Assembly (NCBI GenBank): GCA_964291235.2
Contig: OZ219815.1
Coordinates: 1 to 64,000, forward strand
DNA length: 64,000 nucleotides
From: Vicinamibacteria bacterium
GTDB lineage: Bacteria; Acidobacteriota; Vicinamibacteria; Marinacidobacterales; Marinacidobacteraceae
Direction: 5' to 3'
Shown in pieces: positions 10,866 through 19,397 of the stretch (position 1 is its first letter; each line of letters begins with the position of its first letter). The notes beneath the pieces were generated by a model, which was not told where the DNA came from, made no database searches, and was given only the letters and a program-made list of their open reading frames with translations. A program made the position numbers and the translations under genes.

Positions 10866-13169
10866 TCACGGGTCGTCGTTGATGGTAATCCCGCGGGCAA
10901 GCTCCGGAATCTCGAGCAGGCGCTGGAGACGCCGGCGAAGCGCGGGGTGTTCCGCGGGAGCCGCCTTGACGAGCATTTGCCAGCGCCAGGAATCCTCCGG
11001 CCGGGGCCCCGGAGCAGGCGCCGGACCGACGATTTCGATCGACGCGGGAGCGTCCGCGGCGATGCTCTCGGCAAGCGCGGTGGCAGTTTCGCGGGCCCTT
11101 TTCGAGGTGCGGGCGGTCACCGTCAGGCTCGCGAGCCGGACAAACGGCGGATAGCGGAAGCGGCGCCGCATCTCCTGCTCGACCGAGAAAAAGGCCGGGT
11201 AGTCCTGGCGGGCGGCGGCGGCCACCGCGTAGTGGTCCGGCTTCATCGTCTGGATGAGGACCCGGCCGGCGCTCTCTCCGCGGCCGGCGCGCCCGGCGAC
11301 CTGGGTGAGAAGCTGGAAGGTGCGTTCGGCGGCCCGGAAGTCGGGCGCCCCGAGCCCCCCGTCGGCAGCCACCACCCCAACCAGGGTGACCGCCGGGAAG
11401 TCGTGCCCCTTGGCGATCATCTGGGTTCCGACAAGCACTCGGATTTCGCCTTTTCCGAAGGCGTCGAGCGTCCGGGCGTGGCTGCCCCGGGCGCGGGTGG
11501 TGTCCCGGTCGAAACGCTCGACCCGGACGCCGGGCAGGAGACGGGACACCTCCTCCTCCACCCGCTCGGTCCCGAAACCCTCGGAGCGCAGCACGTCCCC
11601 GCCGCAGCCCGGGCAGGTCTCGGCCGGCGCCGTTCCCACCCCGCAGGCGTGGCAGACCGCGAGGCTTCCCCGCCGGTGCAGGGTGAGCGCGACCCCGCAG
11701 CGCCGGCACTCGACGATTTCGCCGCAGCGGAGGCACCCCAGCCGGCCCCCGTAACCGCGCCGGTTCAGGAGGACGAGCGCCTGCCGGCCCGCGGCCACCG
11801 TATCCCGGAGCGCCGAACCGAGCGCCGGAGCGAGGATCAGCGGCCCCCGGCGGCCACCGTCCCGGTAGTGCTCCCGGAGGAGGGGGCGCATGTCGAGGAT
11901 CTCGACCGCCGGCAGGGCGCGGCCGGCAATGCGTCCGGGGAGGCGCAACCGGGTGAGCGCCCCGCGGTCGGCGGCGTGGGCCGCTTCCAGCGAGGGGGTC
12001 GCCGAACCGAGCACCAGCGCCGCCCCGGCGGCGCGCGCCCGCACCCAGGCGACCTGCCGGGCGTGGTACCGCGGCGCCTCATCCTGTTTATAGGCGGCGT
12101 CGTGTTCTTCGTCGAGGATGACCAGTCCGAGATCAGCGATGGGGGCCAGCACCGCGGAGCGGGCGCCGAGCACGATGCGCGCTTCGCCGCGGCGGACCCG
12201 CCAGAACGCGGCGCGGCGCTCGGCGGCGCCGAGCCCGCTGTGGAACACGGCGATTCCCGGGCCGAACCGGGCGCGGAGGAGGGCTTCGTGCTGCGCGGCG
12301 AGCGCGATCTCGGGAACGAGGAGCAGGGCGCTCCGGCCGGTTTCGAGAGCGGCGGCGATCGCCTGGAAATAGACCTCGGTCTTCCCGCTCCCGGTAACCC
12401 CGTCGAGCAGGAAGGCGCCGAAGGTGCGGGCCCGGAGCGTCTGCCCGAGGACCTCGGCCGCTGCCTGCTGGGGAGCGGTGAGCGGCGGGGGCTGGGAGAG
12501 CTCGGGGACGGGAGTGCCCGCTGGAGCCGCCGCCTCCGGAGGCGTCGCTTCGGGGTGAGCCGCTTCGGGGGGAAGACGCTCGGCGGCGATCGAGACCAGC
12601 CCCTCCCGCTCGAGACGCGCGAAGCTCCGCCCCGGGGAGAGGTCGAGCTCGCGGCGGATGCGCACCAGCGGGACCGGACCCTGGGAGACGGCGAGCAGCG
12701 TCAGGATGCGCCGATCGTCGTGGCCCAGCCGCACGAGCCTTTCGGCGCTCGCATCGTCGGGCTCCCGGAGGCGCGCGGAGCCTTCCGCGGTGATCCGGGC
12801 GGTCTGGAGCTTCCGGCCGGGGGGCGCCGACGCCGGCAGCATGGCCCGCAGGACGAGGCCGAGCGGACAGACCGTGAGCTCGGCGACGCGGCGCGCGAGG
12901 GCGAGGAGGTCTTCCGGGAGCGGAGGAAGCGGGTCGTGGTAGCGCGCGCTGATGGGCTTGATGACCACCTGTTTCTTCGCGCCCGCGGGTGGCCGGAGCG
13001 GCGCGGCGGGGCCGAGCACCACCCCGACCAGCTCGCCGGGGCCGAACGGGACCCGCACCCGGGTGCCCGGAGGCAGCGTGGTCTCGCCGGCACCGAGTAG
13101 CGCGGGAGGCGCCTCGTAGGTGAAGGTGGCCGGCAGCGGGCGCGGAACCGCGACCTCGACCCGGATCAA
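10866..13169 (-). CDS. priA: Primosomal protein N' (replication restart helicase)
   Basis: GVTGSGKTEVY, DEEH, four CxxC pairs, GTQMIAKGHDFP, QVAGRAGR. Confidence 0.97.
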   Translation of the reverse strand: MIRVEVAVPRPLPATFTYEAPPALLGAGETTLPPGTRVRVPFGPGELVGVVLGPAAPLRPPAGAKKQVVIKPISARYHDPLPPLPEDLLALARRVAELTVCPLGLVLRAMLPASAPPGRKLQTARITAEGSARLREPDDASAERLVRLGHDDRRILTLLAVSQGPVPLVRIRRELDLSPGRSFARLEREGLVSIAAERLPPEAAHPEATPPEAAAPAGTPVPELSQPPPLTAPQQAAAEVLGQTLRARTFGAFLLDGVTGSGKTEVYFQAIAAALETGRSALLLVPEIALAAQHEALLRARFGPGIAVFHSGLGAAERRAAFWRVRRGEARIVLGARSAVLAPIADLGLVILDEEHDAAYKQDEAPRYHARQVAWVRARAAGAALVLGSATPSLEAAHAADRGALTRLRLPGRIAGRALPAVEILDMRPLLREHYRDGGRRGPLILAPALGSALRDTVAAGRQALVLLNRRGYGGRLGCLRCGEIVECRRCGVALTLHRRGSLAVCHACGVGTAPAETCPGCGGDVLRSEGFGTERVEEEVSRLLPGVRVERFDRDTTRARGSHARTLDAFGKGEIRVLVGTQMIAKGHDFPAVTLVGVVAADGGLGAPDFRAAERTFQLLTQVAGRAGRGESAGRVLIQTMKPDHYAVAAAARQDYPAFFSVEQEMRRRFRYPPFVRLASLTVTARTSKRARETATALAESIAADAPASIEIVGPAPAPGPRPEDSWRWQMLVKAAPAEHPALRRRLQRLLEIPELARGITINDDP

Positions 13170-13204
13170 TTCAACTCAGAGCCCCGGCGTTCGCACCCGG
13201 CACC

Positions 13205-13510
13205 GCCCCACAAGCACAGACGGCGGGGACCGCAGGGAACGCCGGCCTCCAGGCCGGCACAGCCCCGCGAAGCGGGGCGGCGGGACCGACCCTCCAAGCA
13301 CACACGGCCGGGACCGCACGGGAACGCCGGCCTCCAGGCCGGCACAGCCCCGCGAAGCGGGGCGGCGGGACGAACCCCCCAGCGTCAGGATGGCTCCCCT
13401 CTCGGTGGAAACCCCAGCGGCCTTGGTGGCGCAGGGGACAGGGAACGCCGGCCTCCAGGCCGGCACAGCCCCGCGAAGCGGGGCGGCGGGACGGACCCCC
13501 CAGCGTCAAA
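13205..13510 (+). repeat. REP array, 3 head-to-tail copies with two different linkers
   Basis: GGAACGCCGGCCTCCAGGCCGGCACAGCCCCGCGAAGCGGGGC at 13236, 13322 and 13442. Confidence 0.92.
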
Positions 13511-13520
13511 ATCGTCCACC

Positions 13521-14222
13521 TCACGGCCCGCCCCGCCCCACAATCTCCAGCGCCGCCCGGGCGTCATCCAGCACCTGGCGCTTCAACTCCTGAAGCCGCT
13601 CCCCATCGGCGCGCAACAGGTAGGCGGGGTGAAACGTCGGCACCACCGGGATCCCGAAGAACTCGTGCACCGTGCCGCGGGCCGCTCCGATGCCCCGGAC
13701 GCCGGGGAGGAGCGCCCTGACCGCAACGCTGCCGAGCAGGCAGATGACCCGGGGGCGAACGGAGGAGATCTGCCGCTTCAGGAACGGCACGCAGGTGGCG
13801 ACCTCGTCGGGCTTCGGATCCCGGTTCCCGGGCGGGCGGCATTTCACGATGTTCGCGATGTAAACGTCGGAACGGCGCCGGTGGAAGCACCTTTCGATCA
13901 TCTCGGTCAGCAGCCCGCCGGCCCGGCCCACGAAGGGCTCGCCCTCACGGTCCTCGTCGGCGCCCGGGCCTTCACCGATGAACATGATCTCGGCGTCCGG
14001 CCGGCCGACCCCGAACACGATGCTGTTCCGCTTTTCCGAGAGGCGGCAGCGCGTGCAGCCGTCGAGGTCCGCCCGGATCGCGTCGAGGGCTTCGGCAGGT
14101 TGCGGGCGGGGAGGGGACAGCGGCGAGCCGGGGAGAAAGTCCGTAAAGCTCCGCAGGAGCCGCAGGCGGGCCGCGAGCTGGGCGCGGAGATCGTCTTCCG
14201 GTCCGCTCTTTCGTTCAGGCAC
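13521..14222 (-). CDS. Uracil-DNA glycosylase family 4 (Fe-S)
   Basis: CTRCRL, GEGPG, PFVG, NIVKCRPP.NR.P, HPAYLLR. Confidence 0.95.
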   Translation of the reverse strand: MPERKSGPEDDLRAQLAARLRLLRSFTDFLPGSPLSPPRPQPAEALDAIRADLDGCTRCRLSEKRNSIVFGVGRPDAEIMFIGEGPGADEDREGEPFVGRAGGLLTEMIERCFHRRRSDVYIANIVKCRPPGNRDPKPDEVATCVPFLKRQISSVRPRVICLLGSVAVRALLPGVRGIGAARGTVHEFFGIPVVPTFHPAYLLRADGERLQELKRQVLDDARAALEIVGRGGP

Positions 14223-14252
14223 GGGCGTCGGCGGCTCCGTCTCCCGCGGCGG

Positions 14253-15572
14253 TCAGCCGGCCGCGAGCCGGCGCACGACGATGTCGCAGACGGCTTCCGC
14301 GAGGGAACGCTTGGTTTCCGGCTGCCGGTGGGTGACTTTCGGCGGCGAGGAGTTCTGGTGCTCGACGAGCACCGCCTGGGTGCGCTCGAGGCCGAAGACC
14401 CGGTCCCGTCCCACCCGGTTGCCGACGATCAGATCGCACTGCTTCGACTCGAGCTTGCGGATCGCCTCCTTCTCGGGTTCGCCGGTTTCGGCGGCGAAGC
14501 CGACCAGCACCGTCGGACCGGCGGCGGGGTCGTCCGCCCGGGCGGCGCCGAGCTCCGCGAGGATGTCGGGATTCGCGACGAGCGGGATGGAGCCGGCCTT
14601 TTTGCCCCGGCGGATGCCGGCGGACTTGATCTTGGTCGAGGAGTTGGACGCGGGGCGGAAGTCGGCCACCGCGGCCGCCATGATCACCGCGTCGGCGCTG
14701 GCGGCGGCGGAGAAGGCGGCGTCCCGCATCTGGACCGCGGTCTCGACCCGGACGACCTGGGCGCCGTTCCAGGGTGCCAGATCGGTCGGGCCGAGGATGA
14801 GGGTGACCGCGGCGCCGCGCGCCGAGGCGGCGGCCGCGAGCTCAGCACCCATCCGTCCAGAGGAACGGTTCGTGATGTAACGCACCGGGTCGAGCGGCTC
14901 GCGGGTGGGACCGGCGGTGATCACGACGTTCCTGGCGGACAGGTCCCTGTCCGAGGTTTCGGGGGTCTCGGCGGTTCCGGAGGAGGTCTCGGGAGCGGGG
15001 TCGGCGCCCCCCAGGCAGCGCTCGACGGCTGCGACGATGTCGGGGACCTCGGCCAGGCGTCCAGGGCCGAGCCAACCGCAGGCCAGTTCCCCCTCCCCCG
15101 GCGCGATGATCGTGGCGCCCCGCTCCCGGAGGGTCCGTAGGTGGCCCTGGGTCGCCGGATGGTCCAGCATGTTCGTGTTCATCGCCGGGGCGATGAGGAT
15201 GGGTGCGCGGACCGCGAGATGAAAGGTGGTGAGGAAGTCATCGGCGAGGCCGAGCGCCAGGCGGGCGATGACGTGAGCGGTCGCGGGAGCCACCAGGAAG
15301 ACGTCGGTCTCCTCGGTGAGCGAGATGTGGCGGACGCCGCCGGTGGGGTCCGGCCCCTCGGCCCCCGCTTCCACCTGCGCCGCGTCCGGGAACAGGTGCT
15401 CAAGGACCGGCTCTCCCGAGACGGTTGCGAGCGAGAGCGGGGAGACGAACTCGCGAGCGGCGCGCGTCAGGATCACCTGGACCCGCAGATCGCGCTTCCG
15501 GAGAGCCCGCACCAGGTCCGGCGCCTTGTAGGCCCCGATGCACCCGGTGACCCCGAGAACAACCTTTTTCAT
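14253..15572 (-). CDS. coaBC: Bifunctional phosphopantothenoylcysteine decarboxylase/synthetase
   Basis: GVTGCIGAYK, PAMNTNM, LACG, TAGPTRE.LDPVRYITNRSSG, AAVADF, GFAAET; start set at MKKVV. Confidence 0.96.
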   Translation of the reverse strand: MKKVVLGVTGCIGAYKAPDLVRALRKRDLRVQVILTRAAREFVSPLSLATVSGEPVLEHLFPDAAQVEAGAEGPDPTGGVRHISLTEETDVFLVAPATAHVIARLALGLADDFLTTFHLAVRAPILIAPAMNTNMLDHPATQGHLRTLRERGATIIAPGEGELACGWLGPGRLAEVPDIVAAVERCLGGADPAPETSSGTAETPETSDRDLSARNVVITAGPTREPLDPVRYITNRSSGRMGAELAAAASARGAAVTLILGPTDLAPWNGAQVVRVETAVQMRDAAFSAAASADAVIMAAAVADFRPASNSSTKIKSAGIRRGKKAGSIPLVANPDILAELGAARADDPAAGPTVLVGFAAETGEPEKEAIRKLESKQCDLIVGNRVGRDRVFGLERTQAVLVEHQNSSPPKVTHRQPETKRSLAEAVCDIVVRRLAAG

Positions 15573-15736
15573 GGACCCCGCATCTTCGCACACAGCAAGG
15601 ACCACCCGGAGCACCGGCCTCCACCCGGCATCGCGGAAAGTGCTCTCGGGAAGTCCCCGCAGGTGGCGCCGAATGTGATACCCAAAGTGATACCCGCACT
15701 TCGAAATCCCTCCGCAAAGGACGGCCAAACCAAGGA

Positions 15737-16130
15737 ACAGCCCCGCGCAGCGGGGCGACGGGACGGACCTCCCCAAGCACAGACGGCCGGGACCCCACCG
15801 CAACGCTCCTCGGCCTCACGGCGCACAGGCACGGGAACGCCGGCCTCCAGGCCGGCACAGCCCCGCGAAGCGGGGCGGCGGGACGGACCTTCCCAAGCAC
15901 AGACGGCCGGGACCGCACCGTAACGCTCCTCGGCCTCACCGCGCACAGGCAAGGGAACGCCGGCCTCCAGGCCGGCACAGCCCCGCGAAGCGGGGCGGCG
16001 GGACGGACCTTCCCAAGCACAGACGGCCGGGACCCCAACGCAACGCTCCTCGGCCTCACCGCGCACAGGCAAGGGAACGCTGGCCTCCAGGCCGGCACAG
16101 CCCCGCGAAGCGGGGCGGCGGGACGGACCC
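15737..16130 (+). repeat. REP array left of RAYT, 120-bp period (3 full REPs plus a partial unit)
   Basis: REP starts at 15834, 15954 and 16074. Confidence 0.93.
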
Positions 16131-16192
16131 CCACCGGCCGGACAGCACCTCCCCACGCTACGCTCCCAATCCCGCTGCGGCGGGAGGTTGCA

Positions 16193-16924
16193 ATGACTTC
16201 CGCTCCGAAGACCGCGACGCTGCGGCGGCGTGCGAATCCAAGGGTTCCGGTCCGCGTGCGTCGCCGCTGGCCCCTCTCCCGACCCTCCGCACGATCGCAA
16301 GGCCACCAGGACCGCTCGGAACATCGGTCCGGCTACTCGCGGAGCTATCTGCCGCATTTCGACGCTCCTTACATTGCCCAGGGCCTGACGTTTCGCCTCG
16401 CAGACAGTGTTCCTCGATCGGTCATCGACCGGTGGAGAGAAGAAATCGACTTGAGCGAGGTGTTGCAAACCGACGACGCCCGCTATCAGGAACTCCTGCG
16501 TCGGATCGCCGAATATGAAGACGCCGGCCGGGGTGAGTGTCACCTCAAGCGACCCGAGATCGCCTCGCTGGTGTGCGGAGCGATCGTGCACTTCGATCGG
16601 CAGCGCTACCGGCTCTGGGAGTGGTGCGTGATGCCCAATCACGTTCACGTTCTCGTGAAACAGCTCCCGGGTTTTCTCCTCGGCGACATCGTCAGATCCT
16701 GGAAGTCGTTCACCGCCCGCCAGGCGAATGCCATCCTCGGTCGGAGCGGTCCATTCTGGATGCGCGAGTACCACGACCGCCGAATTCGGGATGAGAAACA
16801 CCTGAACCGGGCGAGGGTTTACATTCGACAGAATCCCGTGAAGGCGGGGCTTTGCAAACGTCCGGAGGACTGGCCGTGGTCGTCCGCGTCATGGGACGGG
16901 GGGGAGAGGGTCTCGGCGGAGTAG
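16193..16924 (+). CDS. rayT: REP-associated tyrosine transposase (RAYT/TnpA-REP, Y1 HUH)
   Basis: YLPHFD..TFRLADS, WCVMPNHVH (HUH), WKSFTA, FW.REYHDR.IR, YI.QNPVKAGL, WPWSSA; flanked by REPs. Confidence 0.93.
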   Translation: MTSAPKTATLRRRANPRVPVRVRRRWPLSRPSARSQGHQDRSEHRSGYSRSYLPHFDAPYIAQGLTFRLADSVPRSVIDRWREEIDLSEVLQTDDARYQELLRRIAEYEDAGRGECHLKRPEIASLVCGAIVHFDRQRYRLWEWCVMPNHVHVLVKQLPGFLLGDIVRSWKSFTARQANAILGRSGPFWMREYHDRRIRDEKHLNRARVYIRQNPVKAGLCKRPEDWPWSSASWDGGERVSAE

Positions 16925-16989
16925 GTGGGCCAGCGCGTATCGCTTCTCACCCGCACGTCGCGAAGGCACGGGAGCGCTGCGGAGTCTGC

Positions 16990-17617
16990 CGATCTCCCCA
17001 CCGAGAGGGGAGCCATCCTGACGCGGGCACGTCCGTCCCGCCGCCCCGCTTCGCGGGGCTGTGCCGGCCTGGAGGCCGGCGTTCCCTGTCCCATGCGCCA
17101 CCAAGGCCGCCGGGGTTTCGACCGAGAGGGGAGCCATTCTGACGCTGGCGGGTCCGTCCCGCCGCCCCGCTTCGCGGGGCTGTGCCGGCCTGGAGGCCGG
17201 CGTTCCCTGTCCCATGCGCCACCAAGGCCACTGGGGTTTGGACCGAGAGGCGAGCCATCCTGACGCGGGCACGTCCGTCCCGCCGCCCCGCTTCGCGGGG
17301 CTGTGCCGGCCTGGAGGCCGGCGTTCCCTGTCCCATGCGCCGCCGAGGCCGCCGGGGTTTCCACCGAGAGGGGAGCCATCCTGACGCTGGCGGATCCGTT
17401 CCGCCGCCCCGCTTCGCGGGGCTGTGCCGGCCTGGAGGCCGGCGTTCCCTGTCCCATGCGCCACCAAGGCCGCTGGGGTTTCCACCGAGAGGGGAGCCAT
17501 CCTGACGCGGGCACGTCCGTCCCGCCGCCCCGCTTCGCGCGGCTGTGCCGGCCTGGAGGCCGGCGTTCCCTGTCCCATGCGCCACCAAGGCCGCTGATCT
17601 CCCCACCGAGAGGGGAG
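16990..17617 (-). repeat. REP array right of RAYT, 121-bp period, 5 copies, inverted relative to the left array
   Basis: GCCGGCCTGGAGGCCGGCGTTCCC with GTTCCC at 17081, 17202, 17323, 17444 and 17565. Confidence 0.93.
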
Positions 17618-17641
17618 CGGAGGCCGGCGCCCCTGGCGGCG

Positions 17642-18187
17642 CTACCGCTCCCGGCGGACGAGGTCGGCCAGCCGCGCCACCGTGTCCTCGACCCGGTCGT
17701 TCGTCAGCCGATAGTCGTAGGACTCGGCGCGGCGCATCTCGCCGGTCGCGGTCTGGAGCCGCTGCTGGAGTTCGGGACCCGACTCCCTCCCCCGGCCCGT
17801 AAGCCGCGTTTCCAGGTCCTTGAAGGCCGGCGGCTCGATGAAGATGGTCACCGCCTCGGGCACCTGCTTCCGGAGCGCGTCGGCTCCCTGCACATCCACT
17901 TCTATGAGGAGATCCTCTTCCCCGCCCGCCGCGAGCGCCGCCTTGCTGGTGCCGTAACGGTAGGAATGGACCCACGCCCACTCCACGAAGGCGCCGGCCT
18001 CGTCGAGGCGCGTGAATTCCTCGTCGCTGACGAAGTGGTAGTCCCGGCCGTTCACCTCGCCCGCGCGCTGTGGGCGGGTGGTGTGCGAAATCGCGAAGGA
18101 GAGATCCGGAACCCGGTCCACCAGCTCGCGGAGGATCGTGGATTTGCCGACTCCCGAGGGGCCGGAGACGACAAAGAGGCGGGACAC
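17642..18187 (-). CDS. gmk: Guanylate kinase
   Basis: SGPSGVGKST, SHTTRPQR.GE..GRDYHF, YGTS, EVDVQGA; GTG start. Confidence 0.96.
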   Translation of the reverse strand: MSRLFVVSGPSGVGKSTILRELVDRVPDLSFAISHTTRPQRAGEVNGRDYHFVSDEEFTRLDEAGAFVEWAWVHSYRYGTSKAALAAGGEEDLLIEVDVQGADALRKQVPEAVTIFIEPPAFKDLETRLTGRGRESGPELQQRLQTATGEMRRAESYDYRLTNDRVEDTVARLADLVRRER

Positions 18188-18188
18188 G

Positions 18189-19397
18189 TCAGGCAGAGCT
18201 CTCCCGAACGGCGTCACCGAGCCGCTGGATGGCCTCGGGAATGCGGTCTTCCGCGACGTTGCTGAAGGACAGCCGCAGCGCGGAGCGCGCCGCCGCCGAT
18301 CCGGGATCGGCGAAGAAGCAGTTCCCCGCCACGAAGGCAACCTGGTGGCGCTGGATGGCGCGCAGCAGCAGCGCCTCGGTGTCGCCGTCCATCTCGTTCC
18401 ACAGGAAGAACCCGCCCTCGGGCCGGGACCAGGGCGCCCGGGAGGGGAAATCCGCGAGCGCCGCCAGCATGGCGTCGCGCTTCCTCCGGTAGAGCACCCG
18501 CGCCCGTTCCACCTGGGTATCCAGCCCGCCGGCCTCGCCGTACGCCAGCGCGAGCCGCTGCGCCAGGGCGCCCGAGCACTGGTCGGTGCCGAGCTTGAGG
18601 AGGCCCAGCCGCCGGATCAGGCCGGGGTCCGCCGCCACCCAGCCGAGCCGCAACCCGGGGCCGAAGATCTTCGAAAAGGTGTGGATGAAGATGACGCGCT
18701 CGGGGGCGAGCGACTTGAGCGACGGGAGGCGCTCGCCGTCGTAGCGGAGCTCCCCGTAGGCGTGGTCCTCGACGACCGCGAGATCCCGCCGGTCCGCGAT
18801 GTCGAGCACCGCGTGCCGCCGCCCGAGGCTCCAGGTGCGGCCGGTGGGATTCTGGAAGCTGGGCCCCACGTAGAGGACCCGCGCCGGCCGGCCCTCGCGC
18901 TGGAGCCGGGCCGCGGTCTCGTCGAGCGCCTCCGGAATCATCCCCTCGGCGTCCATCGGGATGCCCGTGGCGTCCCCGCCCAGCTCGCGGCAGACCTGGA
19001 GCGCCACCATGTAGGTCGGCTCCTCGACCAGCACCGGGTCGCCGGGATTCGTCAGGGCGTTGAAGGCGTGGCGGATCCCCTCGAGGCCGCCGCTGCAGAC
19101 GAGCACCTCGTCCGGACTGCAATGAATGTTCTCGATGCGGGCCATCCGCGCCGCGAGGAACTCGCGAAGCGGGGTGATGCCCGGGTTCGGCGAATAGTTC
19201 AGCGCCTCCGGCGCGTGGTCGCGGAGGACCCGCTCCATCGCGTCCCGGGTCTCCTCGAACCGGAAGACCCCGGGGTCGGGCATGCCGCCGGCGAGGGAAA
19301 TGATTCCCGGCTGCTCGGCGAGCTTCAGGATTCCGATGACCGCGTCGGCGTCGGCGACCCGGCCGGCGGCGTCGGAAAAGCGGGTGTTCCAGTTCAT
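18189..19397 (-). CDS. PLP-dependent aminotransferase class I/II (LysN/2-aminoadipate transaminase-like)
   Basis: ISLAGGMPD, FQNPTG, EDHAY, TFSKIFGPGLRLGW. Confidence 0.9.
   Translation of the reverse strand: MNWNTRFSDAAGRVADADAVIGILKLAEQPGIISLAGGMPDPGVFRFEETRDAMERVLRDHAPEALNYSPNPGITPLREFLAARMARIENIHCSPDEVLVCSGGLEGIRHAFNALTNPGDPVLVEEPTYMVALQVCRELGGDATGIPMDAEGMIPEALDETAARLQREGRPARVLYVGPSFQNPTGRTWSLGRRHAVLDIADRRDLAVVEDHAYGELRYDGERLPSLKSLAPERVIFIHTFSKIFGPGLRLGWVAADPGLIRRLGLLKLGTDQCSGALAQRLALAYGEAGGLDTQVERARVLYRRKRDAMLAALADFPSRAPWSRPEGGFFLWNEMDGDTEALLLRAIQRHQVAFVAGNCFFADPGSAAARSALRLSFSNVAEDRIPEAIQRLGDAVRESSA

Noticed and set aside
16193-16924. IS200/IS605 element with TnpB
   Set aside because: No tnpB is present; the motifs and REP flanks fit a RAYT.
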